Source: Blasia pusilla
Taxonomy: Eukaryota
Length of the DNA: 64,000 nt
Reading direction: 5' to 3'
Assembly: GCA_050084515.1 (NCBI GenBank)
Contig: CM114271.1
Location: 17,546,001 to 17,610,000 of the forward strand
Both the position numbers and the translations under genes were made by a program. The notes beneath the pieces are model-generated. The model worked only from the letters and a program-made list of their open reading frames with translations. It ran no database searches and was not told where the DNA came from. Shown here one piece after another: positions 33,009 through 47,906 of this stretch (positions are counted from its first letter, which is position 1; each line of letters opens with the position of its first letter).

Positions 33009-36000
33009 AGAAGGGTTGTGAACTTGAAAACGTTGCTCAATATTGCACGTATTCCTAACTTTGAAGAGAATCACATTTGAATTCTTAGGTTGGGAGATCG
33101 TATTCATAGTATGATTGGCCGTTTTAGTGTTGGACTTATGAATGTTGTTTGTCCGACTTGCAATGCTCTACATGGGAAGTGTGAGAGAGTGAAGTATACT
33201 AGGTTTATAAGCTCGCCTTTTAGTATGTGTTGTGGGCATGGTAAGATTCAATTACCATATTTGACAACTTCACCTTTTATACTAGCAGAATTACTTTCTA
33301 GTATGAGTTCAAAAAGTCTTCATTTTGTGCCTAATGCACGTGCCTATAATAATGCTCTTCAATTGGTATCTACTAGGGCATATGTAACAGAGCAACGAGG
33401 CGATACAGGAAACTTCAGGATTCAAGGTGATGTATATCATTCTATTGGACCTCTTCATGCTGAAAGTGGTGCTCGTCCACAATTCGCGCAAATTTATATT
33501 CATGATGATGAGCATCAGATGGAACATAGAAGAAGGATTATGAGTGGAGATTATCGGGATCAATTGAGGCCAGAGATCTTAAGGGGATTACAAGATATAT
33601 TACATGCCCATAATCCATATGTGGCTTTATTTCGAAATGTGGCTATTGATCCATGTAATTCTGACTTTCATATTGTTCTTAAGGGTAGTAAGCGAGGTCC
33701 TGATGCAAAACGATACACCTTGCCTGTTGCTTCAGAGATTGCAGCTATCTTGCCTAGAGATGGGAGTGATCCAATAGAAGGACGTGATATTATTGTTCGC
33801 TTACATGGAGGAGGGATTCGTCGTCTGTCAGATTTGAATGAAGCATATATCCCATTGCACTTTGTTTTGCCTTTTGTTTATGGTGAAGCAGGTTGGCATC
33901 TTGGGATACCTTTGCAAGTGCAACATGATCATAGAGATGATCTGCCGTTAAGAGGGGATGCTATGATGGACGAAGATAGAGATGATATTGTACAAGGAGG
34001 AATTTAAGGTGAGGTTACCACTTATGAGGCGAGTTCAAAGACCATTACAACTTTACAATTTGCTTCATTCAGACTTCAAATGCGAGCTAACGCTATGGAT
34101 AATAATCGGTTGTTGAGGTTTGGTCGTCTTACTCAAGAATGTATGGTGGATATGTAGGCGACTATCAAAATGCAACGGCTAACTTGGATACGATTGCATC
34201 AAAAAGAGTTGAGAGCTGATTTATACCAAGGTGTCAGAGATGCCATGACTCGGTATGATGTGAATGGTCAAGGCATAGGGAGACGTATTATCATATCTTC
34301 GTCTTTCATAGGAGGACCCCGTCACATACATCAATTGTACCATGATGTTATGGCCATTGTGAGACATTTTGGGAAGCCTGACTACTTTTTGACTATGACT
34401 TGCAATCCTAAATGGCCAGAGATTACTGTTGCTCTGCTTCATGGGCAATCAACGTCTGATCATCCTGACCTGGATATACGTGTTTTCCAACAAAAGAAGA
34501 AGGATTTTTTGAGACTTATATTGGATAAGCATATTTTGGGTCGAGTGATAGGATGCATTCATATGGTCGAGTTCCAAAAGAGAGGGCTACCACATGTGCA
34601 TATCCTAATTATTCTTGCTTCTGAGGATAAGCCAAGGACAACCTCTGATTTTGACGATATTATATTTGCTGAGATTCCGAATCCCATGACTCATCCTAGG
34701 CTATATTCTATTGTAAGAAATTGTATGATTCATGGTCCGTGTGGAGTAGCACATCCAAATGCACCTTGCACGGATAAAACGACAAAAAAATGTTCCAAAG
34801 GATACCCAATGCCCTTTGCATAAATGACAATGGAGAATGAGGATGGATATCCTATTTATAAGAGGTAATTGATTGGTTTTGTTGTTTATTTCGTCATTTA
34901 ATGTTCTTCTATTAATGTGCTATCTATTTTCCCCAACTATTAACATACTTCTATATATGTTTATGCAGGCCTGATAATGACAGATTGATTAATAAGTCAA
35001 ATCATGACTTTGATAATCGTTGGGTGGTTCCATACAATCTAATGTTATGTACTTTATTTGATTGTCATATCAATATGGAGATAACAAATAGTATCTTTGC
35101 AATAAAGTACTTTTATAAGTATGTGTACAAAGGATCTGATGCCATATTATATACCTTGTCAAATACTACATCAAGAGAGGATACTATTGATGAGACATCA
35201 TTATATCTTGATGCAAAGTATTTCGATCCCTTCTATCTTTCAAGATCTCCCAATTTTTCCTATGATATTATGTGGGACTCTAACAATATTTATATTGTAT
35301 GGTATAAAGGTAGGTTTCTTCTTCAGAAGCATGTTGGCGAATCTTCAAGTTTAGTCTACATGCAGAGCAACCAAGTATTGTGAGATTGATTGTTCATCCT
35401 CCAGACAGTCAAACGGTATATTTTCATGGGCAAGATTCATTGGGTAATATTCTGGAGCGAAGTAAGGAAACCACTCTCACTCAATGGTTTGCAACAAATG
35501 TTTCTGATTCGACTACGCGACAATATCTTTATTTGGAGTTCCCTTCTCATTACTCTTGGAATAAGAAGCAATAGCATCTGCGTAAACGTGCACAAAAAGG
35601 ATGTGGACATCCTATTTGACGTCTGTATATGACAAATCCAAGTTAACTTTCTATTCTTTGTTAAGATACAATTATTAAGGAAAAATTTGAATTACTGTTA
35701 AAATCATATTCATGCTTCCTTCCTAATACTTTTTTTAGGCTAATCCTAGCTGAAGGGGAGCGTCATTGGTTACGATTACTTCTCCATCATGTGAGAGGAG
35801 CTCAATCATATCAAGATTTGAGAACCATCGATGGTATAGTTTATCCTACCTTCAAAGAGATTGCTATTCAGATGGGACTTTTGGAGGACGATAGAGAGAT
35901 CTTTTCTTGCTTTGAAGAGGCGGTTGTCATTTGTATTGGCTATTCATTACATCTACTCTTTGCCATCAGTCTTCTATATAATACACCTTCTCTTCCGGCT

Positions 36001-39000
36001 ATGGTGTGGGGACATTTTTTGGTTCCATTGACAGAAGATCTTCTACATCAAAGGCGTGAGGTAATATGGATGCCTTTTGTTAAGTCAATTTTTTTCTTAT
36101 TTCTCTTATGAATATTTTAGGTACTTTATTTACGTTTTAACTTCTATATTTGTTCCTTGTAATAGAGAATTGGTATTCCAACCCTTCCATTGGATGTTCA
36201 TATTATTAATCTTGCGTTATTGGAGGTCCATTACCATCTTCAAGATCATGATAAAAGTATGGCGGACTTCCCCAACATGCCTCAACCAGATTTCAAAGCT
36301 CGTGATTTATCTATTTTCCGTCTAGAAGAGGAAGAGCTCTCCTACGATCATGATATGCTTTGTAAACGTGTGAGAGCAGGAGAGATGTCTTTAAATGATG
36401 GACAACGAGATATTTGGGAAATTATTTGTAATGCTTTTTGCGATATCTTACAAGATGCTCCACCTTATGTAAGTGGATATTATGTATAGTATATTTTATT
36501 ATTATTTCATTTACTCTTTAAATTTCTTTAACTTTTATTCTTTTAAAGTGCTTTTCTGTAACAAAAAATATGGATTTTTCAGGCAAAACTTTTCTTTATC
36601 GATGGTCCTGGCGGAACAGGAAAAATATTTTTGTACAACCTTCTTCTTGCAATGGTACGGAGCGAGGGTCATATAGCTCTTGCAGTTGCATCTTCGGGGA
36701 TTGCCGCTTTATTATTGGATGGAGGTCGTACTGCTCATTCTCAATTCAAGATTCCTATTAAAGTACATGAAAGTTCCACTTGCAAGTAAGTCTAGATTTA
36801 AGATTTCTTTTCCTTTTATGGCATGCATATTATTGTTTTCTTCTTTGATTTATCCTTCATAAATGTTCCTCACATATTGTTTTGTTATCGATTTTCCAGC
36901 TTATCGGTCAATAGTCATATGGCCCGCCTTATACAAAAGGCGAAGTTGATCGTGTGGGATGAAGCTCCTATGACCCATTGTCACGCATTTGAGGCCGTTA
37001 ATCATATTTTCCAAGATATCATGGGTTTGATGGATCCTCGATTACGAGACTTGCCTTTTGGGGGGGAGATCGTTTTATTTGGTGGTGACTTTCGACAACT
37101 TCTTCCAATTGTTCGTCGTGGAGATCGTGCCACAGTTGTGCGTGCAACACTTAGGAGATCTCTTACTTGGTTTGACGTGAGATTATTGAAACTCACTACC
37201 AACATGAGAGTTTATACTGTACAAGGTATTAAAGAATAAACCTAATATTTCACCTTTTTCATTTCATCTGGTTTTTAATTTTATTTAATATTTACTTATT
37301 CCTTCATCTTATATTTTTTTTTCAGGATATGCACGAGAAGAGCAAGAAGCGTTTGCAACGTGGTTATTAGAGGTAGGAGAGGATCGTGTACCGTTACATT
37401 TGGACCTTGGAGAGGATTTTATACAAGTTCCGGATGCGATAATTGTTAAAACCACAAGGATCAATGATCTCATTGACATTTTTTATGGACACGATGTTCA
37501 TAAGTGGAGCGACATTGATTTCTTGAGGGGTACATCAATTTTGTCAACCAAGAATACTACTGTGGATATTATAAACGCGTAATCATGTCTCGGTTTCCAA
37601 GAGAGGTAATATTTATATTCTTGAATATCATTATTATATTTTGATTGTTGTATTGCTACATTTTTCTATCATCTCTCTTATTATTAATGATTTATTTTGT
37701 TTTTGGAGGAGCATACTTTCTTGAGTGCTGATTCTGTTTCCGACGATGAGATGAGACTTGTTTATCCAACAGAATTTTTGAATACATGTTTACCATCTGG
37801 ATTTGCATGTTTACGATTTCAACTTCCTATCCGTCCTGCTTTTGCAATGATTATTAATAATTCTCAATGTCAAACATTAGATAGAGTTGGTATTTACTTG
37901 CCCAATCCAATATTTTCTCATGGGAAATTGTATGTTGCCTTGTCAAAAATAAACTCGAAGAATTCTATTCATATTATGACAAATAATAAAAATGTTACTA
38001 ACAAAATAAATATTTACATTAGAAGTGTTATATATAATGAAGTGCTAAATTAAATTAAAATAACATTATATGTATGAAATTTTATATTAATATGCATCTT
38101 CATTTATTGGTATGGATGATATGTTTAATTTTATATATACTAAATTTTGATGCCCATGCATGGCACGGACTTACTAGTAACGTTTACTCCCAAGTTTATA
38201 AGACAGATTTAGAAATTGCAAGAACCCATAGAAACATGTGAAAGTCCAGCGGGACTTCACAAGGACGGGTTTCTAGGCTTTTAGGGAGGAAGCATTAATA
38301 GTTTTGTAATTAGTCGGTCCGTTTGCTAGCTCGCTAGCTAGTCAGTTAGTCAGCTGGATACGAGCACAGGGGGAGCAAAGGAGCAAAGCGGCCTTTAGTG
38401 ACATCCACCGGAGGAGCTTGACGTTAGGCAACAGCTGTAGAAGTGGTTGGACGCAAAAAGGCATATGGAAAGTGGACTAGTGAATCTGGGAAGTGTCATG
38501 CCATGTCATTGGGGAGGACGAAGCACTGGAGAGCTTCCTCACTCACTTTGCTTCTGGCAAAGATTTCTTGCCTGCCTTGCTTCGCTTTGCTCCGCTTGGC
38601 TTGGTTGTCGGTTTCTTGAGTAGGCCGGGTGGCTGGCTGTCTGTTAGGTGGGAGGAAAAGGAAATTCTTCTCAGGGTGTGGATCTTATTTTATTGTGTGT
38701 GCATCACATTTCGTCTGAGCATTAGGCGACTTCTTTCCATCTGTGCCGTGCTCTGAACCGCACTTCAGTACTGCCTGATTGTGTCCGCCTGAGTGAGTGA
38801 CTGTGCATCCGTCCGTCCGTCCATATGTGGGGCTGATAGTGTTCCTGTCACTGACTTTTGCATTCTATGTATGTAGCTTGGACTGATTCCATTCCTTACT
38901 GCCGCGGTTGTGGTCTTTGCCGTGGTGCTTTTTCGCCGTCTGCCGTCATAGGCTGTGTATCCATTTGGCGAGGAAGGGAAACGTGGAGGGCGATTTTGTC

Positions 39001-39452
39001 GAGAGCAGGAGTTGCTGTCGTGTGGTCGGTTCGGTTGGGCAGCGAGGAGCATCTGGTGTGGGGTGCTGCGAAGAACCGGGAGATCTGCAGCCAAAGACTG
39101 ATCTGCTACTGCTGCCGACTTTAGATGAGAAGGTGGGAGATGCAGAGGGTACTTCTTGGACAATAGGGGTAGTTTGGTTGGGAGTAGGGACGGAGGAGGG
39201 GTGGGGTGGGGTGGGGAGGGGAGGGGAGGGGAGGGGAGCGGGGGAAACAGGAGTAGAGAGGGCAAATGCGGAGTTACTGCCTGCCATGAGTAGCTGGAGA
39301 AAATGAAGTGGCCATACAGGGCGGATTATGGTGGGAGGTGCAGTTGAAGGTACTGCGGGATTTCAAGAGGGGAACATTAAAAACTATCGGGATTTTGCCG
39401 TGAAGGCGAACGAGGAAGTGCCCTAGAGGCTGCAACGGTGCCAGGCATCACC

Positions 39453-42400
39453 ATGGTGAGCACACCGCTAAATTCGCCGCATGCACTCTGGATACTTTTG
39501 AATGGTGATCTAGGGTTTCTTTCGGTCACTGACACTTGTGGAGAGTAATCAACAGAATTTGGGTGTGCTCTGCGTTCCCGTTGAATCGTAGTGTCATACG
39601 ATCCTCTCAATTCTGGAATATAGAACTTGCTACGGCAGCCTTTAGCCTATGAAGAATCCCTGCTCGACTTTCACGATGGTCAGCTGGATTAGCCGGGAAT
39701 TCCTGGATTGCTACGGCGCAATCCAAATCTTGGCTGTGTACAGAACACCGCATTGCCTTGTTTGCAACTACGTCGGCCTTATTTTGGACCAATCGCGGTT
39801 CCCGGTCGTGTTGATCTCCTTTCTTGTTCGGGAATATTATCATCGGTCAGGGTTGTGCCCGATATGGATTCTGAACTCGTACTCAGCTACAGGAGCTTTG
39901 AGAGGAGGCAGACGGCGTGTCTTTTCACCGCTACTGTGGAGGCTGTGTCTGTGAGTCCCCCACATGGAGCGTTTTACGTTCATCATTCCGTCAACTAGTT
40001 AGACTTCTCGCGAAGGAACTCTTCGGGAGACCCTGGAGCTCCTCGGATTGCCACAAATCCCACGCCGTGGCCGATGTATAGGCATATTTTGCATGAATCC
40101 TCTACGGAACGAATGAAAGAGGAAGAAGATAGAAACTTTAGTGTGGATGGGGTCCACAATTCCTGCTCTCTGTCGTTTTCCATTTGCGAGAATGGCTAAT
40201 GAATTCCGAAACTTAGTAGCTATGAAATTGTGTGGCAGAATAAACTCGGGCGTGGGCATCGAGACAAAGTTCATCAGCTTATGGCCATTGCAGGAGCAAG
40301 GTAATGAGACAATTCAAATTCCATATCTACAGTTGTCACTCCAAGAATCCCGCAGACCTAGAATTGATTATTTACATGACAGCAACCAGTGTTGTTGTGA
40401 GAAGACAAAGAAATTTCATTGTCAGGAGGCTGAAGATGTGTGACTGTGTACACGTTCTTTTGAATCATCAGTCCCTTTCAAACACTTTCACTGTCAGTCG
40501 ATTTTCCTTTCCTGAAGAGTATGCCTTCAGACATCCTCTTCAGTTTGAACCCGTGCAGTTGCATTGTCTAAGAAAATGGAACATCTCAAGATAGGATAGG
40601 ACATAGGAAAGAACAAATCATGGTAGAAAAGAACAACACAGCAGCCCTTCTGGTGTCCTCTTCTATAGATTTTATGACTATTTGGGATCTTTTAATGAGT
40701 AGCTGCAGTGACATCCAATGTAAAAGGTGTCTCTTTGGTCTTTAGGTTTTGTTTGGCTGCTGCATGGGTAAAATCTTTGGCTTCCAATCGTAACTGCTTT
40801 GTTTTGTCCATCTTCCTTCTTTTGTGGCAACTTGCACCCTTCCCAGTCTCTAGCATTGTCCAGCCGGGGTTTGAGGCCTATTGTCTCAATGGTAGTATAC
40901 AAACACTACTTAATATGTACACTCTGTGACAACTTGCTGTCATTCTGAATCATGACTGTTTTGTTCTCAACAGCCATGTCTTTGGTAACTTTTGTACTAA
41001 CTTGAAAGCTGGACATTGCAGTGAAAAAGCTGCTTTGACTGCACTGAAAGCTAGTGAATGGAACCTTGAGGGAGCTTTTGAGGTTTTCTACAACCAGCCA
41101 CCTCCAAGACCGACTACAGACCCTCGGCATCTGGAAGAACTCTATCTACGATATAAAGGTAGAATATGTGATCTAATGATCTTGAAGTGGTCAGAGTGGA
41201 TAGTTTGCTGGGTTTTGTAATTGTTATAGAAGGTAGTCTGTCTGAAAACTTTAGAGTTTGGTGAAATAACATCATGTGTGGTTCTCCCCAGTGAATGGGA
41301 CTTTGGTGTATATGTTTTGGAAGATGACCTCCAAAAATGGGTACGTGGAAAAAATGATGGGTGATGCTGATATTTGTGTGCAGATCAATATTGTGATATG
41401 ATTCTGGTTGATGGTGTCTCCCTCTTCTGTGACGACTTGCAGACTGACCCTGGAGACGTGGTTATGGTAAGCTAGGCAGATGTCATGATCTTATGTTACC
41501 CACCCCTTGTCGCTGCTTGAAAATCTGACTTCTTAGTTATGGCCTGAAGCTTTACTAGGACTATGGACATGAATGCCCTGCAATGGTGAATGGAGCCTTC
41601 AGATGGAAGGTCAGCATATAAATAGACTTCTCTATGGCTTTAGTACCCTTGCTGATTCTCCATTGGATGTTTTGTTTCGTGTAGTTGGTCATATCGTGGC
41701 ATATGAAAGCAGGTACTATGTGTGAGTTTTCCAGACAAGAATTTTTTGAAGGGCTGCAGTCTCTTGGGTATGTTGGCAGCTATCTACTGGAATAAGAGTG
41801 AATCCTTTTCAAGCCAGAGAGTATCTGATCTTTTAGTGTGATGCTAGTTCTGAAATGTGATAAGAGTTCTGTCATCCTATGTGAGGTTTTTGGTGCAGAA
41901 TGTTATTTCATTTGCAAGAGAGTGTTGTCACCTAATGTTGGAATTCTTCTTCTTGACAGAGTTGATTCTATTAACAAGTTGAAGTACTTACTTCCTTCTT
42001 TGCGGGCAGAGCTTAAAGATGAAAGTATGTTGCCAATCTATGAAGTTCTTGCACTTTTCTGGGTCCTTTGTTATTGTAACCTTATGTCTTAAATTCTTGC
42101 CCTCATGATTGTCATGAAATCTTCAAGGCTGTAAGGATAAGTCAGTTAGATAAATGCTTCGACGTAGTAATATTCCCTGGATTTAGATGCTCTATTGTCC
42201 TTAAAATAATGAAGTCATGGTAAGAGTTAGTGGAGAATATATCCAGCGTCCTTTGCAGGTTCCATGGCTCATGGTTAAACTTGCTGGAAGTACTTGCATC
42301 TAATTGATTTATTTGTTGTGTCTAAGCTTTATGAAACTTCTACTCACAGCATGCTTGTTAACTATTGTTTTTCAATTTTGGAGATGATCTTTTTGCACCC

Positions 42401-43945
42401 AGTAGTTGAGATATCTGTGGGAGGATGATGGAACTGTTTTGCTGTTCTGAGTACTTTTGGCTACAGATTGTGTTGGTGTTTCTCGGTTTCTGGGACCATA
42501 TAGACTTTCTTGTATTATCTCTAGCCGCTAGAGATAATAGAAGAAAGTGTTTGCTTTGAATTTGTATAATTATCATGTGATGTCCATAAGAATCAGAGAA
42601 TCTTGTTTAGATTTCGGCTCCTGTGTTCCACTTTGTTTTCCAATCTGCTTGATCAATGCCCTTTCTCGTAGGGTTTCTGTCCTGTGTCTGTCGCCAACCC
42701 CTAACCTGGTTGATCTGATTGTGTTCCTCATAAACCTCTTTTGTTTCTTGCATTTATCATTTCTATAAATCCTTCAAAGTGAGTTCTGAAGTCGAGCAGA
42801 ACCTTGATCTTGATCGTCTCTTTCCTTCATTGCAGACAAATTTCGTGAGATTTACAATTTTGCTTTTGCTTGGGCAAAAGAAAAGGTACAGCCTGAATTT
42901 TGGAAACTTTGTTCGTCAAACAGCCAAAATTCTATTCTTGGTATACAAGATTCGATCTATGTAGGTGGTCTTACTTCTGGTGCAGTCGTTTGGAAGAGAA
43001 GTTTTGTTGGATTGTGCATACCGGCCAATTCTTTCCTTGTGTACTGTAATGTCAGGGGCAGAAATCCTTGGCATTGGACACAGCATTGGGAATGTGGCGA
43101 TTACTCTTTGCAGAACGTCCTTGGCCATTAGTGGAGTACTGGTGCCAATTTCTACAAGTAAGTCTCAGTTACAATAGACTGAGCAGGATTAATCTGTGCC
43201 TTGAGTCTGGGAGTTATTGTGCTCCTCATCATGCTCTAAAATGCCTCCCCAATTTAACATTTGAAGGTTGTCTGAGTTACTCTCTTACTCAGTTCCTGTA
43301 AATTGTCTGCTTGAATAACAGGCTAAACACAACAAAGCTATATCGAAGGATACATGGTCGCAACTTCTCGAGTTTTCCCGAGTAAGTGCATATCGTGAGA
43401 AGAATGAAGTTTTGAATTCATGCCCTGCATTGACTGTCTTCTTGGAAGTTCTATCACAAATCGTTTCCGTATTTTATTCAAGCTTGGAGTTATGTTTCAA
43501 GTTCAATTCTAGCTGCCTTGTGGTCCATGTGAAAATACTAGGTTAGGATTGTCCCTAGGTGTCTTTCTGTGTTGTGTTTAGCATATATATATATATATAT
43601 ATATATATGCATTCAAAGTGTCATTCCTATTCACAACATAGGAAGATGCTCGACTCTTGGATGATCATACTCCTCTGAGATTGATGTTTACATTTCAGGA
43701 ATATCTGAAATTCTCCTAGAAAGCACGGTAAAGAACAGTGATGAAGGACTGCTTCATCGGATTAGATGGATTTAGTTGGGATGATAGTTGATTGGAGTTA
43801 TATACTAAATCGTGTATGGCTTGTTTTGCAGACCATCAATCCAACATTATCGGACTACGATGCAGAAGGGGCGTGGCCATATTTGATTGATGAGTTCGTG
43901 GAATACTTGTGTGAGATTGGGGTTCCACAGTCACGCAGTAGTTAG
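39453..43945 (+). CDS. DCN1: DCN1-like protein (UBA-like plus cullin-binding PONY domain), NEDD8 E3 scaffold; 10 coding exons
   Basis: Manual splicing with canonical GT-AG: 39453-39455 (ATG in ACCATG|GTGAG), 40239-40300, 41022-41158, 41384-41466, 41685-41767, 41960-42024, 42836-42885, 43056-43157, 43322-43381, 43832-43945. This gives an open frame MNKLGRGHRDKVHQLMAIAGASEKAALTALKASEWNLEGAF...FREIYNFAFAWAKEKGQKSL...ISKDTWSQLLEF...YDAEGAWPYLIDEFVEY. The ATG-only first exon is inferred. Confidence 0.93.
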
Positions 43946-46900
43946 AATTCTTTGGCGTGCAATATCTGCAGAATTGATTCAATCCCTGTTAATTACCCAC
44001 ACTTGAATCAAAAAGCCTGAACAAAGGCGTATTGTACAGGACAAGACGATTGCCTAAGTTTTCAAGGCTAGGGCTTATATCCTTGACTGACTTTATACAG
44101 TAGAAGCCTGCATGGATTGATTGGTGTCGCTGGTTGATCCTCCAATTATTCTTGGCTGATGTGAATTTGCCTATTAATCAAAATGTGGTGGTTTAGTGAC
44201 GGTGTCACATTGCAAAATGTCATTGGAAGCTGCTACATGTCATTCAGACTGTTAGGGATGATGAGGATGGTTATTAAGTGGGTGGAATTTGACGATTAAA
44301 TGTCTAGCATTTGCGTCTCATCTTTTGTTGGGGAGCACTTATTTTTTGTGAAAATGTGTGGTCGTCTATTCTCACAGAATCAGAGGAAGTTTTCAAGTGG
44401 TGCTATGTGTCACGTAATCTTGAATTGATAACATATACGACTTAGGTGGCTGAAGACTACCCATCTGCATTCTTTGACTTTGGTCTCTACAGTAAAAGAT
44501 CCTGGTTACCTCAGGTCGGGTTCCAGAGTTCAGTTTCTGGGCGAGTGTAGGCAGGTTTCTCTTTCCTCTATCAGTAGCTGGTTCGACAGTGATAAACTGG
44601 AGCGAGACTTCCTTGAACCCACCAATACACAGACAACGAATCAAGAGGTTGTTTCTTGATTTCAAGGGATCGAGGATTGGATGTTAGTTGTGGCCTGTCT
44701 GAGATATCGGGCATTTTTGACACGTTTGACCCCAAACTAAAGAGCTAAGGAGTGTTGCTAGTACTACTGCAAGAACCGGAAATTTTGCGGCCACATTTCC
44801 TACAGTTTACTTCCAGTACGTACAAACGTCTCATGACTACATTGGATATGCTTTGACTGCATCTGGATGTCCAACGAGGGTTGGGGTTGCGGTTCAACTT
44901 CACTCCTAGTTCTATGTACTCTCCATCTATCTCAATTATGGGTTTGAGCTCTACTCACATGTGTTTGTGCACATTTTCTTCGCTGCTTTTGTCGTAGCAA
45001 GCAAAATAGGGATCGCCTATGTCGACCACCCTATCCAGAAAGTGCCTGATAAGGAGAGGTAATCGTCTACTATCTGGACAGCGATAGGAAATGTATCAAC
45101 GAGATCTCATGCATTGATTTCAAATCGCCGTCTGTGACGAAAATAAAAACTACATGATATTCATAGTGTGTATAAATATACACCTATCAAGATACGGATT
45201 ACAGTATCAACGTAATGACAGAAGTAGCCAACCTTGATAGGGTAGGAGAGAGGACAGCGTGGATATCTCACAAAAGATTTTCTTGCTTAAGATATGAAAG
45301 CATCAAGGCCATCGTATGCTTAAGATTACCTAAAGCATATGGCACATTGATGGCAATTTGGGAAAAAGTGCATATCGTATCGATGGAGTGACACAAGTAT
45401 CCAACTTTGGTAGGTCAGAAGATGGAGGAAAGCCTGCTTCAACTCTCACAATAGATTTCTTTTCTAATGGTTAACTTTTCCAATATTTGAACACATAGCA
45501 CTTTGATGGGAGTTTGGAAGAGGGTGCTCGCAGTATCAAGGGAATGACATAACTAGCCAACTTTGGTAGGGTAGGAGGACAGCCTGGTTTAACTTTCACA
45601 ATAGATGTCTTTGCTTATGGTTAACTTTTCTAATACTTAGCACTTTTACATCAAAGGGCAAATAGCATTTTGATGGCATTTTGCAAGAGGATGCTTACTC
45701 TTAGTTCATTCTACCACTTCCCTTGGCACTAGTGACCTTGGTATTGTGTGAAATGCTTTCTTGAAGTGTACATAACATGTATCCTTGCTTGGATTTCAGC
45801 TCGAATGTTTCCCCCATGAATAACCGAATTGTTAGAGGTAGTTGAGGGTATCATGTAATCCAAGGAAAGTGAGTGAGATACGAATTTTGTTACAATGGAA
45901 AGAGATCTCAAGGAAAGATTCTCGTAAAGATTAAAAAAGAAAAAAGAAGGAATGTTGTTTTAGTTAAAGCTCAAAAGAATGACCATATATGAATGTTGGT
46001 GACGTAACCTAGGGCATGCTCAAGAAGTAATAGAAAATACTTCGAATTATTTGTGATAAATGGAAAAAAGTTTGTTTGACATCAAGTTTTGATTATGAAA
46101 AAGTGGATAAGTTTCTCTCCAATTTTGGAGATAGGAACTTTTGGTTATGGAAAAAAGGAAAAGCTCAAGAAAAAGAAAAGGGAAAGCAAGAAAAAGACAG
46201 CGAAAAACAAAAAATTGGGATGTCACGATCACACAATGTTTTTGACCTTTTAAGAGTTATTTTCCATAATAATAATACAAGTCTACACCATTAAAGTGAC
46301 ATACATTTTCGTGCAAGAAGAAAAAGTCTAATGTAGAAGGTTAAGACCTTCTACAATAGACCCACATCTTCTTTCCTTTTCTAGGTTATTTATGCTTTGT
46401 TAAGAGAACATGGAGAAATTTTTATGGATGTATTAGACACGTGTGCATATATTGGTATGAAGTAGCACACAAAGGTCTTGGAGTTGCTGAAAATACCGTT
46501 CATATCTATGTGTGCATAAGATGATAGATGCCTTAGCACATTTATTTGTTTGAACTTAAATTTGGTGCCATGGTTCCATGAGATTTTATTAGTCTTTGGT
46601 CTTTATGAATAGTTGTTTCACTTCAATTTTCAACCCTGTTCCATAGTTAAGTTTTTTTTTTCATTTATGTTTACTATCAATATAATATTTCCCATGCATC
46701 TTTTTTAGGAATCTAAAATTATTTATCGACTTCGCATTATCAAAGAAATTTTGATAAAGTTCATGAAGGGAGTTTTTGACCTATTTTATTTATCATAAAG
46801 TACCCAAATTAACCTTCCATCATTGGATTTTTTAGTGGTTATCTTCAACGGTTGGAATAATTTTTTCCTTATATTGGATGAAAATTTCAAATAGTATGTA

Positions 46901-47817
46901 CTGTGATTATACTAACATGGAACTATGTAAGTGCTTTGCATCTCTTTTGTATAAGATTTTCTTCCTAGTAGTAAGAATGCTCATAAAATACACTAGCATC
47001 CCTTTAACACATGTTACATTTCTCGAGCCGTAGATATGTTTCCAAGCTTTGAAAACATGAAAAAAAATTTATTTAAAAAAAATATGATCATCTCAAGAGA
47101 CAAAAAATTCCAACTCTTGAAAAGCAAGAGACATGTCATCATTTCATTATGACGATTCAACCTTTTTACAATATTCTTTCCATGTTAATAATTAGCCTCC
47201 CTTCTTTCAATTACCATATAGATAAATCAAAGCTATAGAAGCCCCTAGTCCGAGCCTAACTATTATGTGTTTTTTTTTATCATAGTGTATATGAGATGTA
47301 GTTTTGAAGGGAAAAATAAATCAAAATATAATGTATGCTACTATTTGAGAAAGGAGGGTTACTATGTGGGGAAAATATTTTCTAAGTCTAACCCCACATT
47401 TCTAATAAAAGGAAATAGGGGGGGTGTGGCCATCCACATTTTGGCCCGTTTTTGGCCAATTTTCATCTCGTTTCGAATTGCCCTATTCTCGACAAGATTT
47501 TTAAGAAATTAGCAATGACATGTCGACTCATGATGGATAAGTTGTAGTTGGATAGTATTGTGCCAACCTAAAATAATATGAGGGATCCATCATGACGAAC
47601 CACAACAAAGTGATGGAGGTGGTGACACACACACGAATGCTTCTTGGTAGGTCGACACCAAAATATGGGAGATTTGACTTGATATTCCTAGAGAAATTGA
47701 TGATGTATAAGATGCGGGACCATGCAAAGTAGTTAGTGTTGATAGTGCAAAGGAGTGATGGTGCACATGTTCTGGTTAACCATTCAACTTCTATCCTACA
47801 ATTGTCTTTTGTCATTA

Positions 47818-47906
47818 AGGTTCCTAAGTATCAAGTAGTGAGTACCGTTGAGGGTCCTAAGTATCAAGTAGTGAGGATCATTAAGGGTCCTAAGTATCAA
47901 GTAGTC
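47818..47906. repeat. Three about 33-bp tandem repeats (AGGGTCCTAAGTATCAAGTAGT core)
   Basis: Core seen three times consecutively. Confidence 0.85.

Larger units (their letters stand above)
29139..38177 (+). mobile_element. Helitron copy 2 (near-complete RepHel with introns, decayed)
   Basis: CPTCNALH...MCCGHGKI zinc motif; Rep motifs FLTMTCNPKWPEI, VEFQKRGLPHVHIL (HUH) and KYFYKYVYKG; PIF1 motifs [25 protein letters not shown] and QCQTL...FSHGKLYVALS. 3' hairpin TGCCCATGCATGGCACGGAC then CTAG (38174-38177) and T. 5' end uncertain; may extend to about 27025. Confidence 0.93.

Noticed and set aside
47818-47906. Regularly spaced repeats resembling a mini CRISPR array
   Set aside because: Only three units, spacers of about 11 nt that resemble each other, eukaryotic context and no cas genes; an ordinary minisatellite.
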